From the NCBI GenBank assembly GCA_009843565.1, contig VYDF01000198.1:1-39757 (forward strand): 39,757 nt of DNA, in the 5' to 3' direction. Below the pieces are notes generated by a model that saw only the letters and a program-made list of their open reading frames with translations, had not been told where the DNA came from and did not search any database. Both the position numbers and the translations under genes were made by a program. The DNA is from Acidimicrobiia bacterium (GTDB lineage Bacteria > Actinomycetota > Acidimicrobiia > Acidimicrobiales > Bin134). Of this stretch, positions 1 through 8,572 are shown one piece after another; positions within the stretch are counted from its first letter, which is position 1, and each line of letters opens with the position of its first letter.

Positions 1-261
1 GTGTTCCTCGGCCCCATGACCAACGTGTCCTACGGCGACAAGGTGATCGGCACCAATCACACGCTGCCCACCCAGTCGGCTGCTCGCTTTACCGGCGGGC
101 TCTGGGTGGGCAAGTTCATCAAGACCGTGACCTATCAACGCGTGACCGACGCGGCTTCAAGCGCTGCCATCGGCGAATACTGCTCTCGCCTGTGCGCCAT
201 CGAGAATTTTGCCGGTCATCAGGCCCAGGCAGATCTCCGCGTGCGGCGTTACGGCAACTGA
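1..261 (+). CDS. histidinol dehydrogenase-family protein, C-terminal fragment (5' end outside window)
   Basis: The ORF is open from the window edge to TGA at 259-261. The translation ...[35 protein letters not shown]... resembles the conserved C-terminal NH-x-LPT region of the histidinol dehydrogenase family. Recognised by eye only. Confidence 0.7.
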   Translation: MFLGPMTNVSYGDKVIGTNHTLPTQSAARFTGGLWVGKFIKTVTYQRVTDAASSAAIGEYCSRLCAIENFAGHQAQADLRVRRYGN

Positions 262-275
262 ATCTGGCAACCTGC

Positions 276-1619
276 ATGACGTTTGATCTCGTTGTCCGGG
301 GTGGGACAGTGGTGACGGCCACCGGTCGCCAACGGGCCGATGTGTACGTTCAGGACGGTCAGATAGGAGCCATACTCGATCCAGATTCCCCCGAATCGGC
401 CGATCAAGTGCTAGAGGCAGATGGGCGATTCGTGCTGCCCGGGATGGTCGACACCCATGTCCATCTGATGGAGCCGGGCGATTCGACGCGCGAGGACTTC
501 CCGACCGGAACCCGGGCGGCGGCTCGCCGGGGCGTGACTACCATCGTGGAGCACACCCACGGCTGGCCGTTGACCGACGCCGGGCGATTTGTGGACAAGC
601 GATACCACCTGCGCAACCGGTCGTATGTGGACTACGCGTTGGCGGCTCACGTTTTTCCCGAGCATGTCGGCGAGATCCGCGGTCTGTGGGAGGCCGGCGT
701 GGCGTTCTTCAAGATCTTCACCTGCGCCACCCACGGGATACCCGCAGTCACGCCCGCGACCCTGCTGGACGTCTTCCAGGAACTCGCCGATCTCGACGCC
801 GTCTGTCTGGTTCACTGCGAGGACGATGTGATGACGGCTGCCAACGAGCGCCGCCTGAAGGCCGAAGGCCGCATCGATCCCGGGGTCATTCCGGAATGGC
901 GGTCGCGCGAGGCCGAACTGGTGGCAGTGGGTTCAGCCGCGATGTTGGCCAAAGTCACTGGCGTCCGGGCCACGGTGGCCCATGCCAGCAGCGCCGACGT
1001 GGTGGATCTGATCCAGCGTGAGCGCGACGCCGGTTCTCCTCTGGTGGCCGAGACATGCCCCCAGTACCTCTATCTCCATGAGTCGGAGATCCATGAGCAC
1101 GGACCGTTTCGCAAGTTCACCCCACCGGCGCGGATTCGATCGACCGAAGACCAAGACCGGATGTGGAACGCCTTCAACGATGGCTCAATCAGCCACCTCT
1201 CCACCGATCACGCTCCGTCGACCGCGGCGCAGAAGAGGGAGGGCACCATCTGGGAGTGCCATTTTGGCCTGCCTGGATTGGATACCACTGTGCCCTTGAT
1301 GGTGGACGCCGCCCTGAGGTGACGCACATCGCTCGAGCGGCTGGTGGAGGCGTATTCCCAGCGACCCGCCGAGCAGTATCGACTGGCGAACAAGGGCCGG
1401 GTGGAGGTTGGTTACGACGCCGACCTTGTCATCCTCGATCCGCACGCAACGGGGCAGATCACCGACGAGGACGTCATTTCTCGCGCCGGATGGACGCCGT
1501 ATGCCGGCATGGAGGTGCGCGGCCATGTGCAGACCGTGCTGCTGCGCGGTCGAGTCATCGAAGAAGGGGCCCCGCCACAGGGTCGTTTCATCTCCGGTCC
1601 GGGCATCGACAACACCTAG
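276..1619 (+). pseudogene. cyclic amidohydrolase (dihydroorotase/allantoinase/hydantoinase superfamily) interrupted by one in-frame TGA at 1320-1322
   Basis: ATG at 276 (MTFDLVVRGG...). Superfamily motifs DTHVH, FFKIF, VHCED, AHASS and STDHAP are all present. The frame hits TGA at 1320-1322 and continues in the same frame (RTSLERLVEAYSQRPAEQYRL...GYDADLVILDP...) to TAG at 1617-1619. The track shows this as two ORFs (192..1322 and 1344..1619), both in frame 0. Confidence 0.7.
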
Positions 1620-1642
1620 GGTTCGGGAGCAGGGGGACTGAC

Positions 1643-2650
1643 ATGGCGCAAGAACCGCCGACGATTGATGTTCACTGTCATCTGGCCACGCCGGCGGCTG
1701 CAGAGCTGCTCAAGCCCCACGGGCGGCCCCAGGACGAGCCCTACCTCTACTTCATGGGCCAGGACTCCCGGGACCAGAACCAGGTCATGATTCCGACGAT
1801 CTTTGATGCGCTCACCAACCCGGATGCCCGGATCGAGCACATGGACGCGATGGGAGTCGACATTCAGGGTCTGGCCACGTTTGTGTCGGAATACGGCTAT
1901 TGGGCCCCGCCTGGGGTTGGCGCTGAAGCTGCTCGGGTCCAGAACGACAACTTGGCCCAAGCGGTATCCGATCTGCCCTCTCGGTTCTCGGCGTTTGGTG
2001 CCACGGTGCCCCTCCAGGACGTTGACCTGGCCATCGCGGAAATGGACCGGGTGGTTGACGAGCTTGGCTTCAAGGGCTTGCAGATCGGTGGCACCATTGC
2101 GGGCCGCAACCTCGACGAAACGGGCTTTCGGCCCTTTTGGCAGGCGGTGGCGGCCAAGGGCATTCCAGTCATCTTGCATCCGAACGGGTATGAGGAGAGC
2201 CACCGATTCGGCGATTACTTCATGGTCAACTGCGTGGGCAATCCGCTTGAGACCATGGTGGCAACCAATCGGATGATCTTCTCGGGGCTGTTCGAGGAAC
2301 TGCCTGATCTCAAATTGGTGCTGGTTCACGGGGGCGGCTATTTGCCGTTCTATGCATCGCGTTCCGACCACACTTGGGAGGTTCGCCCCGAGACCCGGGT
2401 GAACATCCCCGACCACCCGCCCAGCTACTACATGAAGCGGCTCCTGTACGACACGATGGTGTTCCAGCCGCTCTACCTCCGCCATCTCATCGAAGTGGTG
2501 GGCAGCGACCGGGTGATGGCCGGTACCGACTTTCCCTTCGATATGGGTGAGCCCGATCCCATGGGGCTCATCGACCGGACCGAAGGATTGACCGATGCCG
2601 AACGGATCGCCATGAAAGGCGGCAACGCGGCCCGGGCCTTCGGTCTGTAG
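1643..2650 (+). CDS. amidohydrolase_2 family protein (ACMSD / LigW / iso-orotate-decarboxylase-type metal-dependent decarboxylase or hydrolase)
   Basis: ATG at 1643 is preceded by GGGAGCAGGGGGA. Motifs: MAQEPPTIDVHCHL (HxH), ILHPNG, LVHGGG, GTDFPFD. The 480 nt upstream in track ORF 1163..2650 overlap the previous gene in another frame and are not coding. Confidence 0.8.
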   Translation: MAQEPPTIDVHCHLATPAAAELLKPHGRPQDEPYLYFMGQDSRDQNQVMIPTIFDALTNPDARIEHMDAMGVDIQGLATFVSEYGYWAPPGVGAEAARVQNDNLAQAVSDLPSRFSAFGATVPLQDVDLAIAEMDRVVDELGFKGLQIGGTIAGRNLDETGFRPFWQAVAAKGIPVILHPNGYEESHRFGDYFMVNCVGNPLETMVATNRMIFSGLFEELPDLKLVLVHGGGYLPFYASRSDHTWEVRPETRVNIPDHPPSYYMKRLLYDTMVFQPLYLRHLIEVVGSDRVMAGTDFPFDMGEPDPMGLIDRTEGLTDAERIAMKGGNAARAFGL

Positions 2651-2692
2651 CCAGCTCGGATTCCTCCTGCCTGCGGTCGCGTCCGAGCTTGG
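2651..2692. terminator. possible bidirectional stem-loop between convergent genes
   Basis: ccagctcgga (2651-2660) pairs with tccgagct-t-gg (2682-2692), with a ~21-nt loop. This is a weak structure with no U-tract. Confidence 0.15.
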
Positions 2693-2701
2693 CCGTTGGG
2701 C

Positions 2702-3922
2702 TCAGAGCAGAAGCTTTTCCTCGTATTCGACCCTGGAGAGGACTCGGGGGTCGCCGTCGGTGACCAGCACCATGTCCTCGATTCTCACCCCGCCACCACC
2801 GGGAACGTCGGGCACCCAGACAAGGGGCTCTACGGCGAAGACCATGTTGGGCTCGATTGGGTACACGGTGGCACCGGGCATGTTCTCGCCGATGTAGGGC
2901 GGTTCGTTGGCCCCCATGCCGATGCCATGGCCGATGAACAGACTGAACAGGTGGTCGGCGAGGCCGTGGTTGCCGATTGTGTCCACGATGGCGTCGGCCA
3001 CGTCCTGGTTGGTGTGGCCCGGCCGCATCTTGTCGATGCCGGCCATGAGACCCTCGTAGACGGCGGTGTAGATCTCCTGTTGGCGCCGCGACGGCTTTCC
3101 GATGACTGTGGTTCGTCCGATGTCGGCGAAGTAGCCGTTCCACATGGCGCCGATATCGATGAAGCACAGATCCATGTTCCGGGTCAGCTTGTCGGTGGCC
3201 AGCCGGTGAGGGGGCGACATGTGCTCCCCGGAGGCCACGAACGGAGTGATGACGTGGGCCATCTCGCCCCCGAGATAGAACAGCGTCTGCATGGCATCGC
3301 CGGCGATCTCCAGCTCGCGCCGGCCGGCTCGGGTCTCATCGAGTGCTCGCTGGGTGACCGCGTCGCCGATGGCGCATGCCTCTTCGATGATGTCGATCTC
3401 GATGTCGGATTTGATGAGCCGGGCGCGCTGCATGAGCTGATCGCCATCGACTAGTTCGAGATGAGGGAGATGGCGGCCCAGGGCGTCGATGAAGGAGATG
3501 TTGGCCGCGTCGACCCCTAGCTGGCCGCTGTCCAAACCTCGATTCCGGAGGATCGGCCGGAGAATGTCCTTCACGAAGCCGTCAACCAGTTCGGCCTGCT
3601 CCATGATGGGAATGGCGTGGGCTTCGCCGATCCACGGCATTCCTAAGCGCGCCTTGTCGATCTCACCTCCTGAACACAGCAATACCGGGTCGTCATCGGG
3701 CCGGAGCAGCGCACCGTTCAGCGCGGTCGTCTTGCCGGCGATGAGCTGGGCTCGCAACGAGGTCAGATATCGAACGTTCTCGTCCTTCCAGACCAGCAGG
3801 CCATCGACACCCTGATTGCGCAACTCCCGCTGGGCGGCCTGCACGCGCTCGGTCCGAAGTCGAGGCATGTCGTATCGGGCTTCCCAGTCGACTGCGAATG
3901 GCCCTTTTGCGTAGCCCGCCAT
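2702..3922 (-). CDS. M24-family metallohydrolase with creatinase-type N-domain (Xaa-Pro peptidase / ectoine-hydrolase-like)
   Basis: All five M24 metal-ligand positions are recognisable: FIDIG, FADIGRT, IGHGIG, AVEPL, RIEDMV. The ATG at 3922 has a GGAGA Shine-Dalgarno 5 nt upstream. The track start at 3982 has none and is an alternative. Confidence 0.8.
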   Translation of the reverse strand: MAGYAKGPFAVDWEARYDMPRLRTERVQAAQRELRNQGVDGLLVWKDENVRYLTSLRAQLIAGKTTALNGALLRPDDDPVLLCSGGEIDKARLGMPWIGEAHAIPIMEQAELVDGFVKDILRPILRNRGLDSGQLGVDAANISFIDALGRHLPHLELVDGDQLMQRARLIKSDIEIDIIEEACAIGDAVTQRALDETRAGRRELEIAGDAMQTLFYLGGEMAHVITPFVASGEHMSPPHRLATDKLTRNMDLCFIDIGAMWNGYFADIGRTTVIGKPSRRQQEIYTAVYEGLMAGIDKMRPGHTNQDVADAIVDTIGNHGLADHLFSLFIGHGIGMGANEPPYIGENMPGATVYPIEPNMVFAVEPLVWVPDVPGGGGVRIEDMVLVTDGDPRVLSRVEYEEKLLL

Positions 3923-4055
3923 CAGTTCTCCGATCAGCCACAGCCTACCGAGGCCTGCGAGCGCGTCGCCTTCCCCTGCCATCCGAGTGCATCGGGATGG
4001 CGGGCCACTTATTCTTTGCCCGACCAGTCACCGAGCCTCGCTGGGGAACCGCTGC

Positions 4056-5267
4056 ATGACATCGTCGGGGATCAACCCGCTCCAAATCGCCATCGCCGGC
4101 GGGTCCATCGGCGGGCTGACTGCTGGCGTTTTGCTTCATGAGCTCGGCCACGACGTCCACGTCTACGAGCGCTCCACCAACGCCTTGGAAGGCCGGGGTG
4201 CCGGCATCGTGGTGCTGCCCATGACCGAGCGGTATTTCACCGAGAGGGGTTCAGCGCTGGGCGAAGGCCAGGCAGGAGCGGCCGATGTGGCGCTTACGCT
4301 CACCAACTGGAGCTACGTCGATCAGTCGGGCGCCATTGTCGACGCCGCGGCGACATACAACCGATTCACATCCTGGAATACGTTGTACCGGGCCCTGCTC
4401 GAAGTGCTGCCGAGCGATCGCTATCACTTGTCCCACTACGTCACCGACTGTGCCCAGTCGGCGCAGGGTGTGACTATTTCGTTTGAGCACGGAGAGTTCC
4501 GAGACTGCGACCTGCTCGTGGCCGCCGACGGCATCGCCTCAACGGTGCGCGGCATCGTCTCTCCTCATACCACTACCGACTACGCCGGGTATGTGGCGTG
4601 GCGGGGCACCGTGCTGGAGGGCGATCTCGAACCGGAAACAGCGGCGATCTTCGAGGACGCCATGGTGTATCAGGTCCTCGACCATGCCCACTTCCTGGCC
4701 TATGCCATTCCGGGGCCAGGGGACTCGATTGTCCCCGGGGAAAGGGCGCTCAACTTCGTGTGGTATCGCAATGCGCCGGCGTCGGCCTTCGACGAGCTCA
4801 TGGTGGATCGCAACGGCATACACCGGCCCGCCACCATGCCGCCGGGCTTAGCCCAGGAGCACTTTGTGGCCGAGCTTCGCGGCGACGCATCGCGAATTCT
4901 TGCACCGCAGTTGCGCGACCTCGTCCTGGCTTGTGAGGAACCGTTTATTCAGGCCATCTTCGACATGGCCGCCGACCGATTCGTCCATGGTCGGATTGCA
5001 CTGATCGGTGATGCGGCCACTGCGTTGCGGCCTCACGTGGCGGCAGGAACGGCCAAGGCGTGCGCCGACGGATGGGCGCTACGAGACCATTTGGGCCGCG
5101 GCGGCGATCTGGATGCGGCGTTGGGCGCCTGGGAGCGCCAACAGCTCGAATTGGCACAGACCGTGGCGGCCAAGTCTCGACGCATGGGCCAAAGAGCGCA
5201 GTTCGAGTCGACGATGGTCCCCGGTGATCCCGCGTGGCGGTTCGGTCTGTTCGGACCAGGGGACTGA
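4056..5267 (+). CDS. FAD-dependent aromatic/heteroaromatic monooxygenase, 2,6-dihydroxypyridine 3-hydroxylase-like
   Basis: ATG at 4056 (MTSSGINPLQIAIAGGSIGGLTAG..., a GxGxxG fold). Also AADGIASTVR, YAGYVAWRG, NFVWY and GRIALIGDAA...RPHVAAGTAKA. The overall pattern matches the DHPH/salicylate-hydroxylase-like subgroup as I remember it. Confidence 0.75.
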   Translation: MTSSGINPLQIAIAGGSIGGLTAGVLLHELGHDVHVYERSTNALEGRGAGIVVLPMTERYFTERGSALGEGQAGAADVALTLTNWSYVDQSGAIVDAAATYNRFTSWNTLYRALLEVLPSDRYHLSHYVTDCAQSAQGVTISFEHGEFRDCDLLVAADGIASTVRGIVSPHTTTDYAGYVAWRGTVLEGDLEPETAAIFEDAMVYQVLDHAHFLAYAIPGPGDSIVPGERALNFVWYRNAPASAFDELMVDRNGIHRPATMPPGLAQEHFVAELRGDASRILAPQLRDLVLACEEPFIQAIFDMAADRFVHGRIALIGDAATALRPHVAAGTAKACADGWALRDHLGRGGDLDAALGAWERQQLELAQTVAAKSRRMGQRAQFESTMVPGDPAWRFGLFGPGD

Positions 5268-5277
5268 CCCGGCAGCG

Positions 5278-6213
5278 TCAGACGCCGGTGTTTCCGGAGC
5301 GGGTTACCGCGATCCCGTCATATTGAAATGCTGACTGACGGAGTCCCAGCACAGAGTTGGCCAGCAACACGGCGATGACAACCGCTCCACCGATTATCGC
5401 TTCGTAATTGGGCTGCTCCTCCAGAATCCACCACACCCATAAGGGTCCCAATATCGTTTCCAGGAGCATCAACAACCCGGTCTCGGGAGCAGAGATACGC
5501 CGGGGGCCGAGCGCGATCAGCCCGAATGCGATCGGAAGCACGAGCACTCCACTGGGGATCAGCACCGCCACGTCTTCACCGGAGATGCTGAAGGGATCGG
5601 CAAACCAGACGTTGAAACCCGCGGCCAGCAACGCTCCGATTCCCCAGGCCGGAACCATGCTGATGTGACTGCTGCGCCGTATGACCGTGAGACCGATGGC
5701 CATTGCCAATGCGGCTCCCGCTGCCGCAAAATCGCCGCCTAGGCGACCAGTTCCGATGCTGCCGAAAAAGATGTACAGGATTGCCCCCAGGCTCGCCGTC
5801 ACCGCCAACCACACCCGTAGGGGGACTGGCTCACCGAGGAAGATCCAGCTGAGCACGGCGGCAAACAGGGGAGTGGTGGCGAAGATGACCAAGGTGTTGG
5901 CCACACTCGTGTGAGTGATCGACGTGGTGAACAAGGTGAGCTGCGCCGCGAACAGCACGGCCACCACCAGCCCGACACGCCCAATGGAACGGAAGTGAGC
6001 CAGGGCACTGCCCCGCATCCACACGACGGTTCCGACGACAATGGTCAGCCCTGTCAGGGCCCCTCGCCAAAACACGATGGTCCAGGCGTCGGCATCGATG
6101 AGCCGAATGAGCAGGCTGTCCGGTGAGAGGACCAGGACGCCGATCGTCGTCAGTAGTAGTCCGGTGGCGTGCGACGACAGTCGTGGTCGCTTGCCCGCGA
6201 TCCCTTCTGTCAC
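5278..6213 (-). CDS. EamA/DMT-superfamily transporter
   Basis: 311 aa with a GTG start. About 10 hydrophobic segments in two similar halves, typical of the EamA domain duplication. Lies 11 nt downstream of the cyclase-family gene on the same strand. Confidence 0.8.
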   Translation of the reverse strand: MTEGIAGKRPRLSSHATGLLLTTIGVLVLSPDSLLIRLIDADAWTIVFWRGALTGLTIVVGTVVWMRGSALAHFRSIGRVGLVVAVLFAAQLTLFTTSITHTSVANTLVIFATTPLFAAVLSWIFLGEPVPLRVWLAVTASLGAILYIFFGSIGTGRLGGDFAAAGAALAMAIGLTVIRRSSHISMVPAWGIGALLAAGFNVWFADPFSISGEDVAVLIPSGVLVLPIAFGLIALGPRRISAPETGLLMLLETILGPLWVWWILEEQPNYEAIIGGAVVIAVLLANSVLGLRQSAFQYDGIAVTRSGNTGV

Positions 6214-6224
6214 TGGCGTTGGGG

Positions 6225-7178
6225 CTACTTGATTGCCTGGGGGTTGAGGGGCGAGCCCACAGCCCGGGGGATGACGAGTGGAGGGGCCACGAGCTGGAAT
6301 TCATAGATGCCGTCGGTGGCGCAGTCTGCGGCAAGCTCGTCGAGGTACCAGATTTCGCCGACGAACAGGCCCATGGCGACGACCATGACCAGGTGCAATG
6401 GCTGGAAGCTGCCCTCGATCTCGTTGGGCCTCACCTCTGCGCCCCAGGTGTCAGTGGCGATGGCCGCCACTTCGCGCTCGGCCAGCCAGGGGGCCGACAG
6501 GAGCGATAATCCGGGGGAGTCGCCCGCGGAGAACCCGTCCCAGCCCGGCAGCCCGCGCCGCCGGGCCATGTCGCCGGTTCTGATCAGCACGATGTCGCCG
6601 GTGCCCACTTCGACGCCGTGGTGCTTGCAGGCCGCGTCCAAGTCTTCGCTGGTGATGGCTTCGCCCGGCAGCAGGTGCTCGACCCCGCGAACCGCCGGGA
6701 TATCCAGCAAGACGCCTCGTGACACGACGGTCTTCTGGTTCTCGATGCCGTTCTTGTCGGCGCCGGTGCTCGACACCAACCGGGCGTCGTATCCGTTGTA
6801 CATCATGCCGTCGTGGAAGATGTGAGCCAGCGCGTCCCACTGCGTTCCGCCCTGCAAGAACAGAAACAGCGTGTCGTCGGCCACCCCCCAGCCCATCGGC
6901 CAATCCTGGGTGCCCTCGACGTGATCGGTGCCGGTGGCCACCATCTGATGAATGGGGTTGACGCGGCCGAATGCACCCGTCTGGGGTCCGTTGCCGTCCA
7001 GGGGCAGTTCCAGCGAGAAGACCTTTCCCTGGCGAACGAGGCCGGCTGATTCCACAATCTTGTCGGGGGTGATGTGGTTCAGGGTCCCGACTTCGTCATC
7101 ATCACCCCAACGACCCCAGTTGCGGTATTCAGCGCAATATTGGTTCAGCAAGTCAATGGTGATTTCTGGTGCAGCCAT
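6225..7178 (-). CDS. putative cyclase-family hydrolase (kynurenine formamidase / isatin hydrolase-like)
   Basis: ATG at 7178 (MAAPEITIDLLNQY...) is preceded by a strong GGAGGGAGGAG SD. Motifs NWGRWG..DEVGTLN and GGTQWDALAHI are typical of the cyclase family. The upstream 62 codons of track ORF 6225..7364 look non-coding. Confidence 0.75.
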   Translation of the reverse strand: MAAPEITIDLLNQYCAEYRNWGRWGDDDEVGTLNHITPDKIVESAGLVRQGKVFSLELPLDGNGPQTGAFGRVNPIHQMVATGTDHVEGTQDWPMGWGVADDTLFLFLQGGTQWDALAHIFHDGMMYNGYDARLVSSTGADKNGIENQKTVVSRGVLLDIPAVRGVEHLLPGEAITSEDLDAACKHHGVEVGTGDIVLIRTGDMARRRGLPGWDGFSAGDSPGLSLLSAPWLAEREVAAIATDTWGAEVRPNEIEGSFQPLHLVMVVAMGLFVGEIWYLDELAADCATDGIYEFQLVAPPLVIPRAVGSPLNPQAIK

Positions 7179-7247
7179 GCGCTCGACTCCTCCCTCCAAC
7201 GGCCGCGCCGCAGGCGTACGCGGCGTTGATGCATACTTCACGCGATC

Positions 7248-7264
7248 CACTTGAGTTTCAAGTG
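7248..7264. promoter_or_regulatory. perfect inverted repeat CACTTGA-N3-TCAAGTG in the 104-bp gap between the OYE gene and the cyclase-family gene
   Basis: Read directly: cacttgagtttcaagtg. It is AT-richer than its surroundings. It could be an operator or a small RNA hairpin. Confidence 0.2.
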
Positions 7265-7282
7265 AGGTACTGAATCCGACGA

Positions 7283-8479
7283 CTAGTGGGGTTGGCTTCT
7301 GAGCCTGCGCCGAATGTGAGCCGCGGCGGCCTGAAGGAGTCGCAGGCGCGGCGTACGCCAGCACTGCAAATGGTACGACCCCTCATTTTCAAGGCAGAGA
7401 TTGCATGAGGTGCAGTCAAACCGGCCCCGGCGACCGGCCTTGATTTGGGCCACCACATCCGGCTCGCGAATGAGCGGTCGGGCCAGGCACACAAAATCGC
7501 AGGATCCCTCGGCCAAAACCCGTTCGACCGTTTCCGTGGTTCGGATCCCACCCACGAGGAGCAGCTTCAAGTCGGGAACAACCGCTCGAATGGCCTGGGC
7601 GTACGGCATGAAGTAGGCCTCGTTACTCGGCGGCGAGAACATGCGAAAGTAGAGGTGGTCGGCCAATGCCCGTCGTCGATCAACAGCCACGTACTTCTGG
7701 CAGGAGTCTGCGCCCGAGGCCATCAGTCCAACGCTTACCTCAACGGCATCGAGCCCCAGGCCGGCCAGCAACCGGACCCGCTCCACGCTCTCGGCGAGCT
7801 CCAAGCCGTTTTCGATCTGGTCTTCCATTCCCACTTTGGCAGTCACCGGAATATCGGGTCCCACCGCCTGGCGGACCGACTGATATATCCGGGTCAGCAG
7901 ATGCGATCGCCGCTCGGCGTCACCACCCCAGCGGTCGGTCCGGGTGTTTGAGTGCGGAGAGCCGAACGAGCTGATCAAGTATCCGTTGGCGGCGTGGATG
8001 TGCACCCCGTCGAAGCCGGCGTCAACTGCCCGAGCGGCGGCCGCGCCGAAGGCTTCGATCACCTCTTCAATCTCAGCGTCGCTGGCCGGCTCAGCCACCG
8101 ACCCCGTGAGCGCATTGGGGACCGAGGACGGGGCTACTGCCGCAATGTCGCCCATCCCGCCCTGGTTTCCCGCGTGGGCCAACTGGGCAAAGATCTTCCC
8201 GCCCGATTGATGTACGGCGTCGACGAGTTGGGCCAGGCCCGGGATCATGGCATCGTCGTGGATGCTCGTCTGATTGGGCAGCGACTGGCCGCGGGGGTGG
8301 ACGAAAGCGTGGCCGAGGAGCGACAGCCCCACGCCATTGGCTGCCAAGGCCTGGTGGAGCTTGATCAGTGCCGGGGTTACTGCTCCGCTGTCGGTGGCCA
8401 TGGTCTCCGATGTCGCCGCCCGCACAAACCGGTTCTTGATCTCAAGGCAACCGATCCGGCCGGGCGTGAAGGCGTGCAT
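7283..8479 (-). CDS. Old-Yellow-Enzyme-type FMN oxidoreductase with C-terminal [4Fe-4S] motif (N-terminal-half homologue of 2,4-dienoyl-CoA reductase)
   Basis: ATG at 8479 (MHAFTPGRIGCLEIKNRFVRAATSE...). Motifs QLAHAG, GFDGVHIHAANGYL, R.D.WGG, and C-terminal DCTSCNLC...LQCW (CxxCxxC-x11-C). No NAD/FAD reductase domain follows. Paralogue of 16574..17764. Confidence 0.8.
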   Translation of the reverse strand: MHAFTPGRIGCLEIKNRFVRAATSETMATDSGAVTPALIKLHQALAANGVGLSLLGHAFVHPRGQSLPNQTSIHDDAMIPGLAQLVDAVHQSGGKIFAQLAHAGNQGGMGDIAAVAPSSVPNALTGSVAEPASDAEIEEVIEAFGAAAARAVDAGFDGVHIHAANGYLISSFGSPHSNTRTDRWGGDAERRSHLLTRIYQSVRQAVGPDIPVTAKVGMEDQIENGLELAESVERVRLLAGLGLDAVEVSVGLMASGADSCQKYVAVDRRRALADHLYFRMFSPPSNEAYFMPYAQAIRAVVPDLKLLLVGGIRTTETVERVLAEGSCDFVCLARPLIREPDVVAQIKAGRRGRFDCTSCNLCLENEGSYHLQCWRTPRLRLLQAAAAHIRRRLRSQPH

Positions 8480-8572
8480 TAGAGCTTCCAAGTTGAAGAT
8501 TCGGGGACCAGTGTTGGAAAGACTCCTAGACTGCGCGGGCCAGCGCAAGCGACACGACCGGCGGGGAGACTC

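Noticed and set aside
1320-1322. TGA as selenocysteine, or as glycine under genetic code 25
   Set aside because: Many genes in the window terminate on TGA, including the ATGA/GTGA overlaps, so a reassigned code is excluded. The position is not a catalytic or redox site, and I cannot identify a convincing bacterial SECIS. The possibility is kept only as a check under the in-frame-stop finding.
1163-1642. The 5' 160 codons of track ORF 1163..2650, which would give a 495-aa protein
   Set aside because: The sequence is Arg/Gly/Ala-rich and low in complexity. It overlaps the conserved cyclic-amidohydrolase frame. The recognisable amidohydrolase_2 domain begins at the ATG at 1643, which has its own SD.
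7179-7364. Upstream extensions of the cyclase-family ORF (to 7364) and of the OYE ORF (8480..8782)
   Set aside because: The extensions have no family similarity. The internal ATGs at 7178 and 8479 coincide with the start of homology. For 7178 there is also a very strong SD.
8480-8572. Imperfect inverted repeats (cttccaag / gttggaaag) in the divergent OYE / CocE intergenic region as an operator
   Set aside because: The repeats are short, mismatched and irregularly spaced. They are not distinguishable from chance by eye.
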